A DNA stretch of 58,667 nucleotides from a virus (taxonomy: Duplodnaviria > Caudoviricetes). A program made the position numbers and the translations under genes. The notes beneath the pieces are model-generated. The model was not told the DNA's origin and searched no databases. It saw only the letters and a list, made by a program, of their open reading frames with translations. The DNA is taken from positions 1 through 58,667 of the IMG/VR virus record IMGVR_UViG_3300025082_000009; one strand, written 5' to 3'. Below are positions 1 through 11,300 of this stretch, one piece after another. Each line of letters starts with the position of its first letter. The first letter of the stretch is position 1.

Positions 1-1
1 A

Positions 2-169
2 GCATGGGTATGGGTAAACGGACACTATCGCCATGGACACTGGGTAAGGGGGCATTGGACAGTTCGACATGTCCGCCCTCACCTCATTGAGAGAAATCCT
101 CATCGGTATGCACGCTACCGTTCCGGGCGCCCAAATAGTCCGCCGCCAAGGCGACACCGCAGACGTTAA
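2..169 (+). CDS. 3' end of a WxxGHW (YXWGXW-type) repeat, Arg/His-rich protein, truncated by window start
   Basis: Own translation of frame 2: AWVWVNGHYRHGHWVRGHWTVRH...RRHRRR*, stop TAA 167-169. Confidence 0.6.
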   Translation, partial: AWVWVNGHYRHGHWVRGHWTVRHVRPHLIERNPHRYARYRSGRPNSPPPRRHRRR

Positions 170-179
170 AAAAAAGTAC

Positions 180-208
180 TTGACATTGCCTCCCAAATTT
201 AGTATACT
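180..208 (+). promoter_or_regulatory. sigma70-type promoter
   Basis: TTGACA-17 nt-TATACT, then GGAGG SD before TTG 228. Confidence 0.8.
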
Positions 209-227
209 ATAAATATGGGAGGCATTC

Positions 228-680
228 TTGTCTTTATTGGGCGAAGAGTACAAGTACTCGACATCGGCTGACAAGCACCACACTTATAGGGGTCGAGTTG
301 GGCGGTACATGGATCTGGCACGTCGTGTTGCTCAACAATCCGCTTTCGACGGCCCCCGTCATGGAGCAGTCTTGGCAAGAGGAGCATCTGTAATCAACGT
401 ATCGAAGAACAAAAACAACTTTTGTTCTTTTGGTCGTCGTTTTCGCAAGGGTGACATCCAGCCAGGACATTCCACAGTTCACGCAGAACTTGGGAGTATC
501 CTAGGAATTGACCGTCGCAAGACGGAAGGGGCAGACATATATGTGGCTCGTGTTGGCAAGAAAGGTGATTTCAAAATGTCAAAACCCTGTCCTATGTGCG
601 AATCTGCTCTTCGGCACGTGGGAATTCGCAGAGTCGTCTACACCATTAACAATAAAATAGCAGGAAGCTACAGACTATGA
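228..680 (+). CDS. Zn-dependent cytidine/dCMP deaminase-family protein
   Basis: HGAVL, HAE and PCPMC zinc motifs. Confidence 0.8.
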   Translation: MSLLGEEYKYSTSADKHHTYRGRVGRYMDLARRVAQQSAFDGPRHGAVLARGASVINVSKNKNNFCSFGRRFRKGDIQPGHSTVHAELGSILGIDRRKTEGADIYVARVGKKGDFKMSKPCPMCESALRHVGIRRVVYTINNKIAGSYRL

Positions 681-812
681 ACACCACTTGTACAGGCATC
701 GCCAGAGGGATACAAAAAAATGATAACACAAACACAACCTACTAAACCCATCAAAGCACCAAACCCAGTATTATTGCTTGGAAAACATAAATACCCAATT
801 GGCGGAGACCAA

Positions 813-1775
813 ATGAAACGACTATTAATTGTTGACGCACTAAACGCTTATTTAAGGGCGTATATTGTAGATCCATCCCTGTCAACCCATGGACAACCCA
901 TCGGCGGACTAAAAGGCTTTATTAAAATCCTTCAAAAGCTTGTGAGGATGACAAAGCCCGATCAAATTATGATTGTGTGGGACGGACCAAACGGATCCGC
1001 CAAACGCAAGATTATGGACAAGAACTATAAGGCCGGCCGCAAGCCAATCCGGCTTAATCGCGCCTTTCACAATCTTACGGATAACGAAGAGCTACAGAAC
1101 AAAATTTGGCAACAATCTCGAATTATTGAATACTTGAACGAGATGCCTATTATCCAGTTTATGCTTCCAGAGATCGAAGCAGACGACGTTATTTCTTATG
1201 CAACCCAGATGTCTTATTACAAAGGCTGGCAAAAGATCATTGTTTCCAACGATAAAGACTTTATGCAGTTATGTGACGATGAGACTGTCCTTTGGCGCCC
1301 CACCAAAGATGAAGTCCTCAACACTAGTCGCATTGTAGAGCAAACAGGTGTTCATCCGACTAATATGGCACTTGCTAGAGCCATTATTGGCGATGCCTCC
1401 GACAATCTCCCGGGCGTTAAGGGTGCCGGGTTTGCCACGGTGGCCAAGCGCATCGGTTTTCTGGCAGAGAGCGACACGCACACTATCGACAACGTAATGG
1501 ATCACTGTGAACTCAAATTGGAGAAGAACAAGTTGAAGTTTTATAGCAATGTGGCAGAGAATAGGGAGCTTATCGAACACAACTATAAAATGATGCAACT
1601 ATATTCTCCTGTAATGTCGATTCAATCGAAAAACATAGTAACACAAGGCGTTGAGAATTTTGAATTTGGACTTAACCGTACAGAAATCATAGGGATGATG
1701 AGGGAAGACGGTTTCGGCGAACTGAACTGGGAAGACTTAAGGGTAAACTTAAACCGAATTGTGAACGAAAACTAA
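813..1775 (+). CDS. 5'-3' exonuclease / flap endonuclease (PolI N-terminal, T4 RNase H-like)
   Basis: LLIVDALN, WDG, YKAGR, EADDVI, SNDKDF, GDASDNLPGVKG; start moved to ATG 813 behind GGAGA. Confidence 0.9.
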   Translation: MKRLLIVDALNAYLRAYIVDPSLSTHGQPIGGLKGFIKILQKLVRMTKPDQIMIVWDGPNGSAKRKIMDKNYKAGRKPIRLNRAFHNLTDNEELQNKIWQQSRIIEYLNEMPIIQFMLPEIEADDVISYATQMSYYKGWQKIIVSNDKDFMQLCDDETVLWRPTKDEVLNTSRIVEQTGVHPTNMALARAIIGDASDNLPGVKGAGFATVAKRIGFLAESDTHTIDNVMDHCELKLEKNKLKFYSNVAENRELIEHNYKMMQLYSPVMSIQSKNIVTQGVENFEFGLNRTEIIGMMREDGFGELNWEDLRVNLNRIVNEN

Positions 1776-1808
1776 TATCGCTAGCGGGCAAAAACTTTAA
1801 GTTTTGAC

Positions 1809-1836
1809 TTGACATTTCGGACAAATCAGTTATACT
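1809..1836 (+). promoter_or_regulatory. sigma70-type promoter
   Basis: TTGACA-16 nt-TATACT upstream of helicase. Confidence 0.6.
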
Positions 1837-1857
1837 TATTATAAAGAGAGGGCATTG

Positions 1858-3240
1858 ATGACAACACAAGAAGCAGGCTTTGGAAGGTATGGGAAATCCT
1901 TCCAAGAAGGCCTCGTCCAGCTGATCTATGAAGATCGACCATTCGCTGATCAAATTACGGAAGTGTTAAATGGGGACTTCCTAGAGTTGGACTATCTTAG
2001 GATCTTCTTGCGCAAGATCACAGACTACCGCGATAAGTATAGTCGCCACCCCTCGGTGGAAGCGATCGCCACCATTCTTAAAACTGAATTAGATGAAGAA
2101 GAAGAGGTCCTTCAACGTCAGGTGCGCGAATATTTCCTGCGCATTCACAATCGAGAACTGACCGATGTAGAGTTCATTAAAGAAACTTCTATTGACTTCT
2201 GTCGAAAGCAAAATCTAAAAGAAGCAATGCTAAAGTCGGTTGGGCTCCTTCAAAATTGTTCTTTTGATGAGATCTCAACAGTCATTAATGACGCTTTAAA
2301 GTTGGGATCCGAGAACAACTTCGGCTATGACTATATGGCTGATTTTGAAGCTCGTTTTGTGCCCCGATATCGCCGACCTTGCACGACAGGCTGGAAAGAG
2401 GTCGATCAGATCTGCGGAGGAGGCTTGGGAAAAAGCGAGCTTGGAGTGGTGGTTGCGCCAACAGGCGCCGGAAAGAGCATGGTACTCGTACATCTAGGCA
2501 CCCAAGCAATCAAAGAGGGAAAGACAGTAATTCATTATACAATGGAGCTTCAGGACACTATCATCGCTACTCGATATGACAGTTGTATTACAGGGTACCC
2601 ACTTTCAGATATCATAAATTTTAAAGAAGAAGTATACGACGAAATTAAAGATTTAGACGGAACGTTGATCGTCAAGGAATATCCGACAAAATCGGCTTCG
2701 ACTGCGACTATTAAAGCGCATATCGCCAAGCTTATAAAGCGAGGTATAAAGCCCGGAATGATTATTGTGGACTATGCGGACCTTTTAAGGCCGACTGTAA
2801 TAAGAAAAGAGAAAAGAAGCGAATTGGAATCTATTTATGAAGAGTTGAGAGCCATTTCAACTGAATGCCAATGTCCGGTATGGACAGCCTCTCAAACTAA
2901 CAGATCGGGACTGAATGCAGAAGTAATCACAATGGAGCAAATATCCGAAGCATTTAACAAGTGCTTCGTGGCTGACTTTATCTTTTCTATTTCGCGAACT
3001 ATCGAAGATAAGCAAAACAATCTTGGCAAGATGTTTATTGCAAAAAATAGAAACGGACCGGACGGAATGGTGTATAATATCTTTATGGACACTTCGAACG
3101 TTTCGATTAAGGTCTTGCCGCCCCAGACAGTTAGTACTGTAAATGGAAACACGGTGAGAACAGGTCCGCCGGTACTTGGACCACGAATGCAGCAGCAGTT
3201 ACTGAAAGACAAATACAACAAATTAAAAGGAAAACGCTAA
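1858..3240 (+). CDS. DnaB/T4 gp41-like replicative helicase
   Basis: Walker A APTGAGKS, YTME, IIVDYADL, VWTASQTNR, KNRNG. Confidence 0.9.
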   Translation: MTTQEAGFGRYGKSFQEGLVQLIYEDRPFADQITEVLNGDFLELDYLRIFLRKITDYRDKYSRHPSVEAIATILKTELDEEEEVLQRQVREYFLRIHNRELTDVEFIKETSIDFCRKQNLKEAMLKSVGLLQNCSFDEISTVINDALKLGSENNFGYDYMADFEARFVPRYRRPCTTGWKEVDQICGGGLGKSELGVVVAPTGAGKSMVLVHLGTQAIKEGKTVIHYTMELQDTIIATRYDSCITGYPLSDIINFKEEVYDEIKDLDGTLIVKEYPTKSASTATIKAHIAKLIKRGIKPGMIIVDYADLLRPTVIRKEKRSELESIYEELRAISTECQCPVWTASQTNRSGLNAEVITMEQISEAFNKCFVADFIFSISRTIEDKQNNLGKMFIAKNRNGPDGMVYNIFMDTSNVSIKVLPPQTVSTVNGNTVRTGPPVLGPRMQQQLLKDKYNKLKGKR

Positions 3241-3241
3241 T

Positions 3242-5233
3242 ATGAGAACACTTGAAAACATCCGTCGGTTTAGATTATCGGACACGTTTATCGAACCTTA
3301 TAAATCTGCAGATGTGCCTTGGGGACCTGTCGGTTATGTTACTTTTAAGCGTACTTATGCCCGCCGATTAAGCGAGTTCAATGCTGGGACCCCTGGCACC
3401 GAAGAGTGGTGGCAGACCTGTCGGCGCGTTATCGAGGGTATGTTTAACATGCAAAAGCAGCACGTTTTCATGCTTGGACTGGAGTGGAACGACGCCAAAG
3501 CACAGGCTACTGCAAAAGACGCCTTTGATCGGCTTTTCGCTCTCAAGTGGACTCCCCCGGGCCGCGGACTGTGGATGATGGGTACCAAATTCGTTGAAGA
3601 GCGCACTGCTGCTGGTCTTTTCAATTGTGCTTTCCGCTCCACTCGTGATCTTTCTACGAAAGGTGGATATCTTTTTGCGTGGATGATGGATGCGCTAATG
3701 CTGGGAATCGGCGTGGGTTTTGATACCGAGGGTACAAGCACTGTTACTATTCGAGAACCCGAATACACCAACGACACCCACATTATTGATGACTCTCGCG
3801 AGGGCTGGGTCAACTCGGTTCACATGCTTCTTGATGGCTTCTTCTTTGGCGATAAGGTACCCAAGTTTGACTACTCTGCTATTCGTCCCGAGGGCGCTCT
3901 TATTAGAGGGTTTGGTGGAACATCTAGCGGTTATGGTCCCTTGAAGGAGCTACACGACAACCTTACAGCACTCTTTTCAGCCAAGATTGGCGAACCCATC
4001 AGTTCGGTTGATATTGTAGACACAGAGAATCTTATCGGTCGGTGTGTGGTGGCTGGTAATGTTCGCCGATCTGCGGCATTAGCAATGGGTCACCACCGAG
4101 ACAAAGAATATCTTCAAATGAAGAACGACCAAGAGAAGCTATATCATCACCGCTGGGGTTCAAACAATTCCTTCAATGCGGAGGTAGGCATGGACTATAC
4201 ATGGCACGCAGAACAATCACAGAAGAATGGAGAGCCCGGCTATATTTGGCTGAACAACGCCCGCACACATGGTCGTTTTAAAGATGGGCTGAAATATGAT
4301 GATGTCAACGTTGCTGGCTTTAACCCTTGCGTAGAACAGCAATTGGAAGACGCAGAGCTTTGCTGCCTAGTTGAGACTTTTCCTGCCAAGCACGACGACT
4401 ATGAAGACTATTTGAAGACCTTAAAGATTGCATACTTGTATGGAAAGACTATTACGCTATCGAACACACATTGGCCAGAGACTAACGCCAAGATGTTGAA
4501 GAATCGCCGGATCGGACTTTCTCAATCTGGCGTAGTTCAAGCGTTTAACAAATTCGGTCGCCGCGCCATGCTTGACTGGTGCGATAATGCCTATAGCCAC
4601 ATTAAGGCTCTAGATGAAGAATATTCCAACTGGCTTTGTATTCCCAAGTCTGTAAGGATGACGTCAATTAAGCCATCTGGCACAGTGTCGTTGCTTAACG
4701 GCTCTACACCCGGAATCCACTTCCCAGAGAGTGAGTACTACATCCGGCGAATTCGTTTCTCCAAAGACAACGGACTAGTTGAGCCACTTAGAGAGGCTGG
4801 ATATAAGATAGAAGATGATGCCTATTCTCCAAATACATACTGCATCGAATTTCCTGTATGTGAGCCTCATTTTTCAAGAAGCAAAAAGACGGTTTCGATG
4901 TGGGAACAGCTGGAGATGGCTGCACAATATCAACATTACTGGGCAGACAATTCTGTATCCATTACAGTGACCTTTAAAGATGAAGAGGCTGAACAACTTA
5001 AGAGCGCTCTTGAAATGTACGAGACTCGCCTAAAAGCTGTTTCTTTTTTGCGTTACAAAGATACAGGTTATAAACAGGCTCCCTATGAGTCGATTACTGA
5101 AAAAGCTTATAATAAGCTGATTAAGAACATTACCCCTATCCAGCGCGCCAACGTTCAGGAGTCAGGCGCCGGCACTAAATTTTGCACCAACGATAGTTGT
5201 GAAATCCAATTCGATAAACCCCAGGAGAAATGA
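3242..5233 (+). CDS. nrdJ: Class II (adenosylcobalamin-dependent, monomeric RTPR-type) ribonucleotide reductase
   Basis: PPGRGLW, FNC, GNVRRSA, NPCVEQ, CCLVE, IKPSGTVS, C-terminal CTNDSC. Confidence 0.9.
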   Translation: MRTLENIRRFRLSDTFIEPYKSADVPWGPVGYVTFKRTYARRLSEFNAGTPGTEEWWQTCRRVIEGMFNMQKQHVFMLGLEWNDAKAQATAKDAFDRLFALKWTPPGRGLWMMGTKFVEERTAAGLFNCAFRSTRDLSTKGGYLFAWMMDALMLGIGVGFDTEGTSTVTIREPEYTNDTHIIDDSREGWVNSVHMLLDGFFFGDKVPKFDYSAIRPEGALIRGFGGTSSGYGPLKELHDNLTALFSAKIGEPISSVDIVDTENLIGRCVVAGNVRRSAALAMGHHRDKEYLQMKNDQEKLYHHRWGSNNSFNAEVGMDYTWHAEQSQKNGEPGYIWLNNARTHGRFKDGLKYDDVNVAGFNPCVEQQLEDAELCCLVETFPAKHDDYEDYLKTLKIAYLYGKTITLSNTHWPETNAKMLKNRRIGLSQSGVVQAFNKFGRRAMLDWCDNAYSHIKALDEEYSNWLCIPKSVRMTSIKPSGTVSLLNGSTPGIHFPESEYYIRRIRFSKDNGLVEPLREAGYKIEDDAYSPNTYCIEFPVCEPHFSRSKKTVSMWEQLEMAAQYQHYWADNSVSITVTFKDEEAEQLKSALEMYETRLKAVSFLRYKDTGYKQAPYESITEKAYNKLIKNITPIQRANVQESGAGTKFCTNDSCEIQFDKPQEK

Positions 5234-5514
5234 TGTTTCAACCAGTCAATAGATATGTCCACATTGTGATAGAGGACGAAAGCGAGAACAAGACAGAAAG
5301 CGGCGTTGTCCTTCCGGATGATTTTAAGATTCATGACGACAAGTTTGTATCAGCCCACGTGGTATCATGGGCAGACGATGTGAGGTTCTCAGAGAGGCTA
5401 TCATCTGGCGCCAGTGTGATTGTAGATAAGTCCATGATCGAGGAAATTAATGTGGACAGCAAGCTATTTACTGTAATTCAAGATAATTACATAATAGGAA
5501 TTACTGTTACATAA
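5230..5514 (+). CDS. groES: GroES/Cpn10-like co-chaperonin
   Basis: 94 aa; FQPVNRYVHI and mobile loop KTESGVVLPD. Confidence 0.65.
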   Translation: MMFQPVNRYVHIVIEDESENKTESGVVLPDDFKIHDDKFVSAHVVSWADDVRFSERLSSGASVIVDKSMIEEINVDSKLFTVIQDNYIIGITVT

Positions 5515-5533
5515 TTCGGGGGAATTCGCCCAT

Positions 5534-6451
5534 ATGACAATTGACAAGAGCTTTTATAATCAATCATCAGCAGCAAAATTAGGTTGGGAACCATCCTGGT
5601 TTGGTGAAAAGTATTATGACGAAAATCTCGTGAGAGCTATTAAAAAATGGCAGAAAGCGCGAAATATTTCGGTTGATGGGTTGTGCGGTCCAATGACGTT
5701 CCGTAGAATCTGGACGGAAAGACAAGCACAGATTCACTATCACGAACCGTGTCCGTTAAATTATTCTAATTTTATTGTCTATCAAGGCAACTTTTACCCT
5801 ATTAAGTGGGACAAAGTGGTGTTGTGGTCGGAGCCCGATGGCTTAAAGGCAAACCCGGGCACATATTATGATTACACTGGGCGCCCAAAGCGGAATATTC
5901 GATTGTTTGTGAATCACTGGGATGTCTGTCTCAATTCAACGTCCTGTGCGAGCGTATTAAACAGAAGAGGCATTTCAGTTCATTTCCTAATCGACAACGA
6001 TGGCACGATTTATCAAACTCTTGATATGCAACATGGTGCATGGCATGCTGGACACTCTAGATCTAATCGAGCCTCCGTGGGCGTAGAGATATCGAACGCC
6101 TACTATCCTAAATTTCAGTCTTGGTATACCGAACATGGTTTTGGTGATCGCCCAATAATTGATAACGCATGGGTTCATTCTGAAAAGCTTGAAAGTTTTC
6201 TTGGGTTTTACCCCGCTCAAATAGAGGCAGCCAAAGCCTTGTGGCAGGCGGTTCACAACGCCGCTGGCGTAGAATACAAAACACCGCTTAGTCAAACTGG
6301 TGTAACCTCTACTAAATATTGTCAAGATGCTCTCTATGGAAACTTCAATGGTTTTGTGAGCCACTATCATGTTAGTAAGAAGAAAATTGATTGTGCCGGC
6401 CTCGACCTCAAGACACTCCTCGCAGAACTCGAAGAATCCGAAGAAGAATAA
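5534..6451 (+). CDS. Endolysin: peptidoglycan-binding domain plus N-acetylmuramoyl-L-alanine amidase (Amidase_2)
   Basis: AIKKWQ..VDGLCGP PG-binding motif; VNHW, SVHFLID, AWHAG, SVGVEI, SHYH, KIDC. Confidence 0.85.
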   Translation: MTIDKSFYNQSSAAKLGWEPSWFGEKYYDENLVRAIKKWQKARNISVDGLCGPMTFRRIWTERQAQIHYHEPCPLNYSNFIVYQGNFYPIKWDKVVLWSEPDGLKANPGTYYDYTGRPKRNIRLFVNHWDVCLNSTSCASVLNRRGISVHFLIDNDGTIYQTLDMQHGAWHAGHSRSNRASVGVEISNAYYPKFQSWYTEHGFGDRPIIDNAWVHSEKLESFLGFYPAQIEAAKALWQAVHNAAGVEYKTPLSQTGVTSTKYCQDALYGNFNGFVSHYHVSKKKIDCAGLDLKTLLAELEESEEE

Positions 6452-6475
6452 TGAATCGGCAAGTTAGGGGGAGCT

Positions 6476-7390
6476 ATAGCTGTCCATTTTGAACAAATTG
6501 TAGTCGGTAGTTCTCTAGAAGCGCTGCTATATGCATTTATACACGAAATGCCAGTCTTTTATAGCACTCCGCACAAGCCTTTTAGGTTTGATCACTTGGA
6601 TCCGTCCCTTGATCTCACATGCTTAAAAGTGCCACCTCTCACACAGAGCTTAAAAACCCACACCGAAACAAAGATTGTGGGTGTCCCGAAGAATATATTA
6701 TGGGAACGACTTGTCTTTCTGCTCTCCATACACGGCCACGCACCCTTGTCAGATCGGTGTAAGAGTCTTCGATATGGTGGCGAAAATACCATAACCTTTT
6801 CAGACGCATACGCCAAACTGATTGATGTGGAGTTTGACGAATGTTATTACTTTGGTGATGATAATGCAAGCGGTCTGCCAAAAATAGAGCTTGACAACAC
6901 AAAAACAATATGCTATGATTGGATTGCATTCAATAGGGGAGGGAAGCACGACATCGATCACATCGAGACTGGCGATGATTTTGTAAAAGAGATCTGGTTC
7001 TACTCTTCCGATAGGATTGATGGCAAGACACCCGTAAAAGATGCATGCGTTGTTTCGCTTTTGACTCCGGAAGAATTAGAAGACTTTGATTTTTCGGAAA
7101 CGATGGCGCGGTTTAAAGCCGTAAGCGAAATGGAAATAAGAGGGATGAAAGGGAAATTTAATGGACTCGGACCTAATGGAAAGCCAAAACATTATAAATT
7201 TAGAACAACATGTATCACCAGAGGATTGGGTCATTCGACTGCACCGCTTGGCGAGTCCACAACAAAAGCAAAAGTCATTGTACCAGAGGGCGCTAGAGAT
7301 ATTATATTGGATCCAAGACAACTCCTCCAATGTTTACCAAGAAGTACGTCACCATATAAGAAGATATTAGATTATTTAGAATGCACCTAG
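6476..7390 (+). CDS. Hypothetical protein with degenerate Rossmann-like N-terminus; start uncertain
   Basis: Frame is open upstream of ATG 6548 (IAVHFEQIVVGSSLEALLYAF); ATA 6476 follows GGGGGAG. Confidence 0.55.
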   Translation: MAVHFEQIVVGSSLEALLYAFIHEMPVFYSTPHKPFRFDHLDPSLDLTCLKVPPLTQSLKTHTETKIVGVPKNILWERLVFLLSIHGHAPLSDRCKSLRYGGENTITFSDAYAKLIDVEFDECYYFGDDNASGLPKIELDNTKTICYDWIAFNRGGKHDIDHIETGDDFVKEIWFYSSDRIDGKTPVKDACVVSLLTPEELEDFDFSETMARFKAVSEMEIRGMKGKFNGLGPNGKPKHYKFRTTCITRGLGHSTAPLGESTTKAKVIVPEGARDIILDPRQLLQCLPRSTSPYKKILDYLECT

Positions 7391-8253
7391 CAGGAATTAT
7401 CCCCGTCGCTCAACTTGAGACTGACTACGAATCAATCACCCCGGACGTTTTAACGCTCTTGGAGCCTAGATTTACGGCTATACAAAACGCTGTGATGTCC
7501 TGTGCTATGGCCGGCTGCAAGACAATATGGATCGTAGCCAATAACGATTTGGCTCCCATTATTAAGCAGGCAGTTGGGGAGTGGGTTTATGATCCAGTTT
7601 ACTATAAGCGAGATTTTACCAAGTTTTATTCGAATGTACGCAAAGAAGTGCCTATTTATTACGTCCCAATACACCCAAAAGACTTGGACAAACGAAATTC
7701 GTATGGCTGGTCAGTATTACATGGGATATATTCGTCATGGTTTGTGTCTTATAAGATTTCCCGGTGGATTCTGCCAGAAAAATACTTCATAGCATTTCCA
7801 ATGTCTATATATGATTATCGTATTTTGAGGAAACTTAGACCGCTGATCCAAGACACGAATAAAAACTTTACATTAACATATAACAACAAGACTGTGACAG
7901 AAGATCTCCCGATCAGTTTTACAATGAAAGGAGATGACTATTTACAATGTCGCCGCAATATAAACAAGATAACCACAAGGGAATATTTACCCCCTTCACC
8001 AGGCTCGCTACCGAGCCAGAGGCGTCCACTCAACGAAAGGTGGTCCGCCAGGTTTTTCGACCTACCCACCGTGTTTCAGAAGCTGAATCTGAAAAAGAGC
8101 AATAGACACGAACTAGATTGGTTCTATGATATTAGAGAGTGGGACCAATACCGCAGCTACATGGCGTCAGACAATCGGGTTGCTGTGCCCTACTACGAAA
8201 TTTACAAACCTCGCACTTACAATCTAGCACCTAAAAAAGAAATCTCAACTTAG
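7381..8253 (+). CDS. Divergent sugar-phosphate nucleotidyltransferase-like (GT-A) protein
   Basis: LAGIIPVA start and AGCKTIWIV resemble NTP_transferase N-terminus; GxGTR motif absent. Confidence 0.45.
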   Translation: MHLAGIIPVAQLETDYESITPDVLTLLEPRFTAIQNAVMSCAMAGCKTIWIVANNDLAPIIKQAVGEWVYDPVYYKRDFTKFYSNVRKEVPIYYVPIHPKDLDKRNSYGWSVLHGIYSSWFVSYKISRWILPEKYFIAFPMSIYDYRILRKLRPLIQDTNKNFTLTYNNKTVTEDLPISFTMKGDDYLQCRRNINKITTREYLPPSPGSLPSQRRPLNERWSARFFDLPTVFQKLNLKKSNRHELDWFYDIREWDQYRSYMASDNRVAVPYYEIYKPRTYNLAPKKEIST

Positions 8254-8256
8254 TGC

Positions 8257-8285
8257 TTGCAATCTTGGTGCGTCTGTGTTATATT
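8257..8285 (+). promoter_or_regulatory. sigma70-type promoter for dnaE
   Basis: TTGCAA-17 nt-TATATT with TG upstream of -10. Confidence 0.6.
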
Positions 8286-8308
8286 AAGAGAACATTCGGG
8301 AGGGATGA

Positions 8309-11300
8309 ATGACAAGAACCACGTCAAAAATTAAATTTGTTGGGCTACACGCCCATAGCGTTGCAGGATCGATCTTCGACGCGATTGGATATCCACAAGA
8401 CCACATGGATTTCGCATACGAGAACGGCATGGCTGCTCTCGCGTTAACTGATCATGGAAACATGAACGGGTTAGCTTATCAAGTGATTCATGCCAAGAAG
8501 ATGCGCGCCGAAGGCAAGGATTTCAAGCCCATCTTCGGGGTCGAGGCCTATTTCACCACATCTGTTAAGGAGTGGAGAGAGGCTTATGATGAAGCCATGG
8601 CAGACAAGAAAAGAGCCCGGGCCACCAAAAAGACGACCCAATCAGGTGCCACAACAGAGGATGAGGGAGATACAAAAGCCTCCCAGCCGATCCTTAAGCG
8701 CCGGCGCCACTTGATCCTCCTCGCGCAGAACCAAACTGGATTGAACAACTTGTTCAAGCTAGTCTCGAAGAGCTACACAGAAGAATACTTCTATAGATAC
8801 CCACGAATGGACTACGACCTCCTTCGAGAGCACTCGGAGGGCGTTATCGCTGCGTCTGCGTGCTTGGGAGGGGTGTACGCCGGCAACTACTGGGAGAACC
8901 GAGAGGAGGGCTCTGAAGCCGTCCTAGAGGCTATGCGCGAAACCACCCGCGAAATGGTGTCAATCTTTGGGGATCGCTGGTACGCAGAGTTACAGTGGAA
9001 CAACATCCCGGAACAACACGAGTTGAATCAATACGTTATTGAGATCGCTAAAGAATTCGGACTTAAGCTGATCTCCACAGCAGATAGTCACTACCCCACC
9101 CCAGGCTCATGGAAAGACCGGGAGATGTATAAGCAGCTTGGTTGGCTTGGAAAAGGCAAGCCATCATGGAAGACGGACGAAGGCGAAGACGAAAGCGTTC
9201 TCCCTGAATCAACTGACGTCATTGGTTATGAACTTTACCCAAAGAATGGCGATCAGATGTGGGAGTCATACAAGAAGTATTGCGCCTTGCAGGGAACAGA
9301 ATATGACGACGAACTTGTGCGACAAAGCATAGAGCGAACACACCAGATCGCTTATGAGAGGATCGAAACCTTTCTGCCAGATACGACGGTGCGTCTCCCA
9401 GACTTTGTTGTTCCTGAAGGTCTGACGGCAACACAAGCCTTGTTCCGCGCCGCCACTGGCGGATTAGAGGCACTCGGGTTCCATGAGAATGAAGAATATA
9501 CCGCACGCCTAAAGCGCGAGCTTGATGTTATCGATGATCGTGGGTTTTGCAAGTACTTCTTGACAATGAAGGCGATCGCTGACACCGCAACAGACATGAT
9601 GCTTACTGGACCCGGCCGAGGATCGGCTGCCGGCTCACTGGTTGCGTATGTGTTGGGTATCACCCAAGTTGATCCAATTAAATATGGACTCCTATTTTCA
9701 CGATTCTTGCGTTCAGACGCCACAGACTATCCAGATATCGATTATGACATATCAGATAGCATGGTGATCAAAGAGAAGCTAGTTGACATGTGGGGGAAGG
9801 ATTGTGTTGCCCCTATTTCCAACTGGAACACTTTGCAATTGCGCAGCTTGATCAAGGACATCTCTAAACTTTATGATATTCCTTTTACAGAGGCTAACAC
9901 CGTTACTTCTGTTATGATCCGCGAAGCCACTCCCGAAGCAAAGAAGAAGCACGGGATCCGAGCAGGTATCTATGCGCCCACTTGGGAAGAGGTGATGGAG
10001 TTTTCGCCATCGCTCCAAAAGTATTTGAATAAATACCCCACAGTTAAGGCACATGTTGAAGGCCTCGTCGGACAAGTTCGCTCCTGCAGCCGTCATGCTG
10101 GCGGTGTGGTTATTGCCGAGGAACTGGACCGTAGCATGCCGCTAATCAATAGTGGGGGTGTTCGTCAGGCTCCATGGGCAGAAGGACAGAACGTTCGACA
10201 CCTAGAGCCGATGGGTTTCATTAAGTTCGATTTGCTTGGGCTCTCCACTCTCAAGATGATGGAGGGTTGCATCGAGCACATCTTGCGCCGCCACCACGGG
10301 GTTGCGGAGCCAACATTCGCCCAGGTCCGCGAATATTACGAAAAAACCCTCCACCCAGACAATTTGGATTTCGATAACCAGGAGGTCTATGAGAATGTTT
10401 TCCACGCTGGCAAGTGGGCTGGTATCTTCCAATTCACAGAGCAGGGCGCCCAAGGCTTCTGCAAGCGCGCCAAGCCGAATAGCATTGTTGACATCTCTGC
10501 AGTTACTTCTATCTTCCGACCGGGACCCCTGTCGGCGGGTGTTGATGCAGATTATGTAGAGGCAAAAAATCACCCCCATCGCATTTCATATATCTCGGAG
10601 GCTGCACAGGAAATCACCGAGGAGACTTATGGTTTCCTTATTTTCCAGGAGCAAATCGCCTTGTTGGCTCACAGGCTTGGCGGACTGACCCTCGATGAGG
10701 GCAACATGCTTCGCAAGGTATTGACCAAGAAGGGCACCGGCAAGAATAGCGTTAAGGGAAAGCTTCATGATAAGTTTATCAATGGCTGTGCTGCGAACGG
10801 TATTAGCGTTGATGTCTCTCAAGGGCTCTGGGATAAGTTCGAGTTCTTCTCCGGCTATGGCTTCAATAAATCACACGCCGTGTCTTACAGCATCATCTCG
10901 TTCCAGTGCGCATGGCTGTGGAACTACTATCCCGCAGAGTGGATGGCAGCGTTCCTCGACAAAGAGCCAGAGAGCAGAAAAGAGAAGGCGATCAACATTG
11001 CAAAGAAATATGGATTTGACATTGCGCCTCTCGATATCAACAAGTCCGGTACCGTCTGGGAGATTAGCGAAGATGGAAAGACACTTATCCAGCCTCTGAC
11101 TTCAATCAAGGGTTTCGGCGACTCGGCTATCCAGCAGGTTCTCGAACATCGCCCGTTCAACACCGCAGAAGAGTTGCTTTTCAACGAGGAAGTCGTGTAT
11201 TCCAAGCTGAACAAGAAGTGCTTGGACGCTCTTTGTCGAGGGGGCGCCCTAGATGAACTTATTGATGATCGTTTTACGGGAATGAAACACTTCTGGTCTG

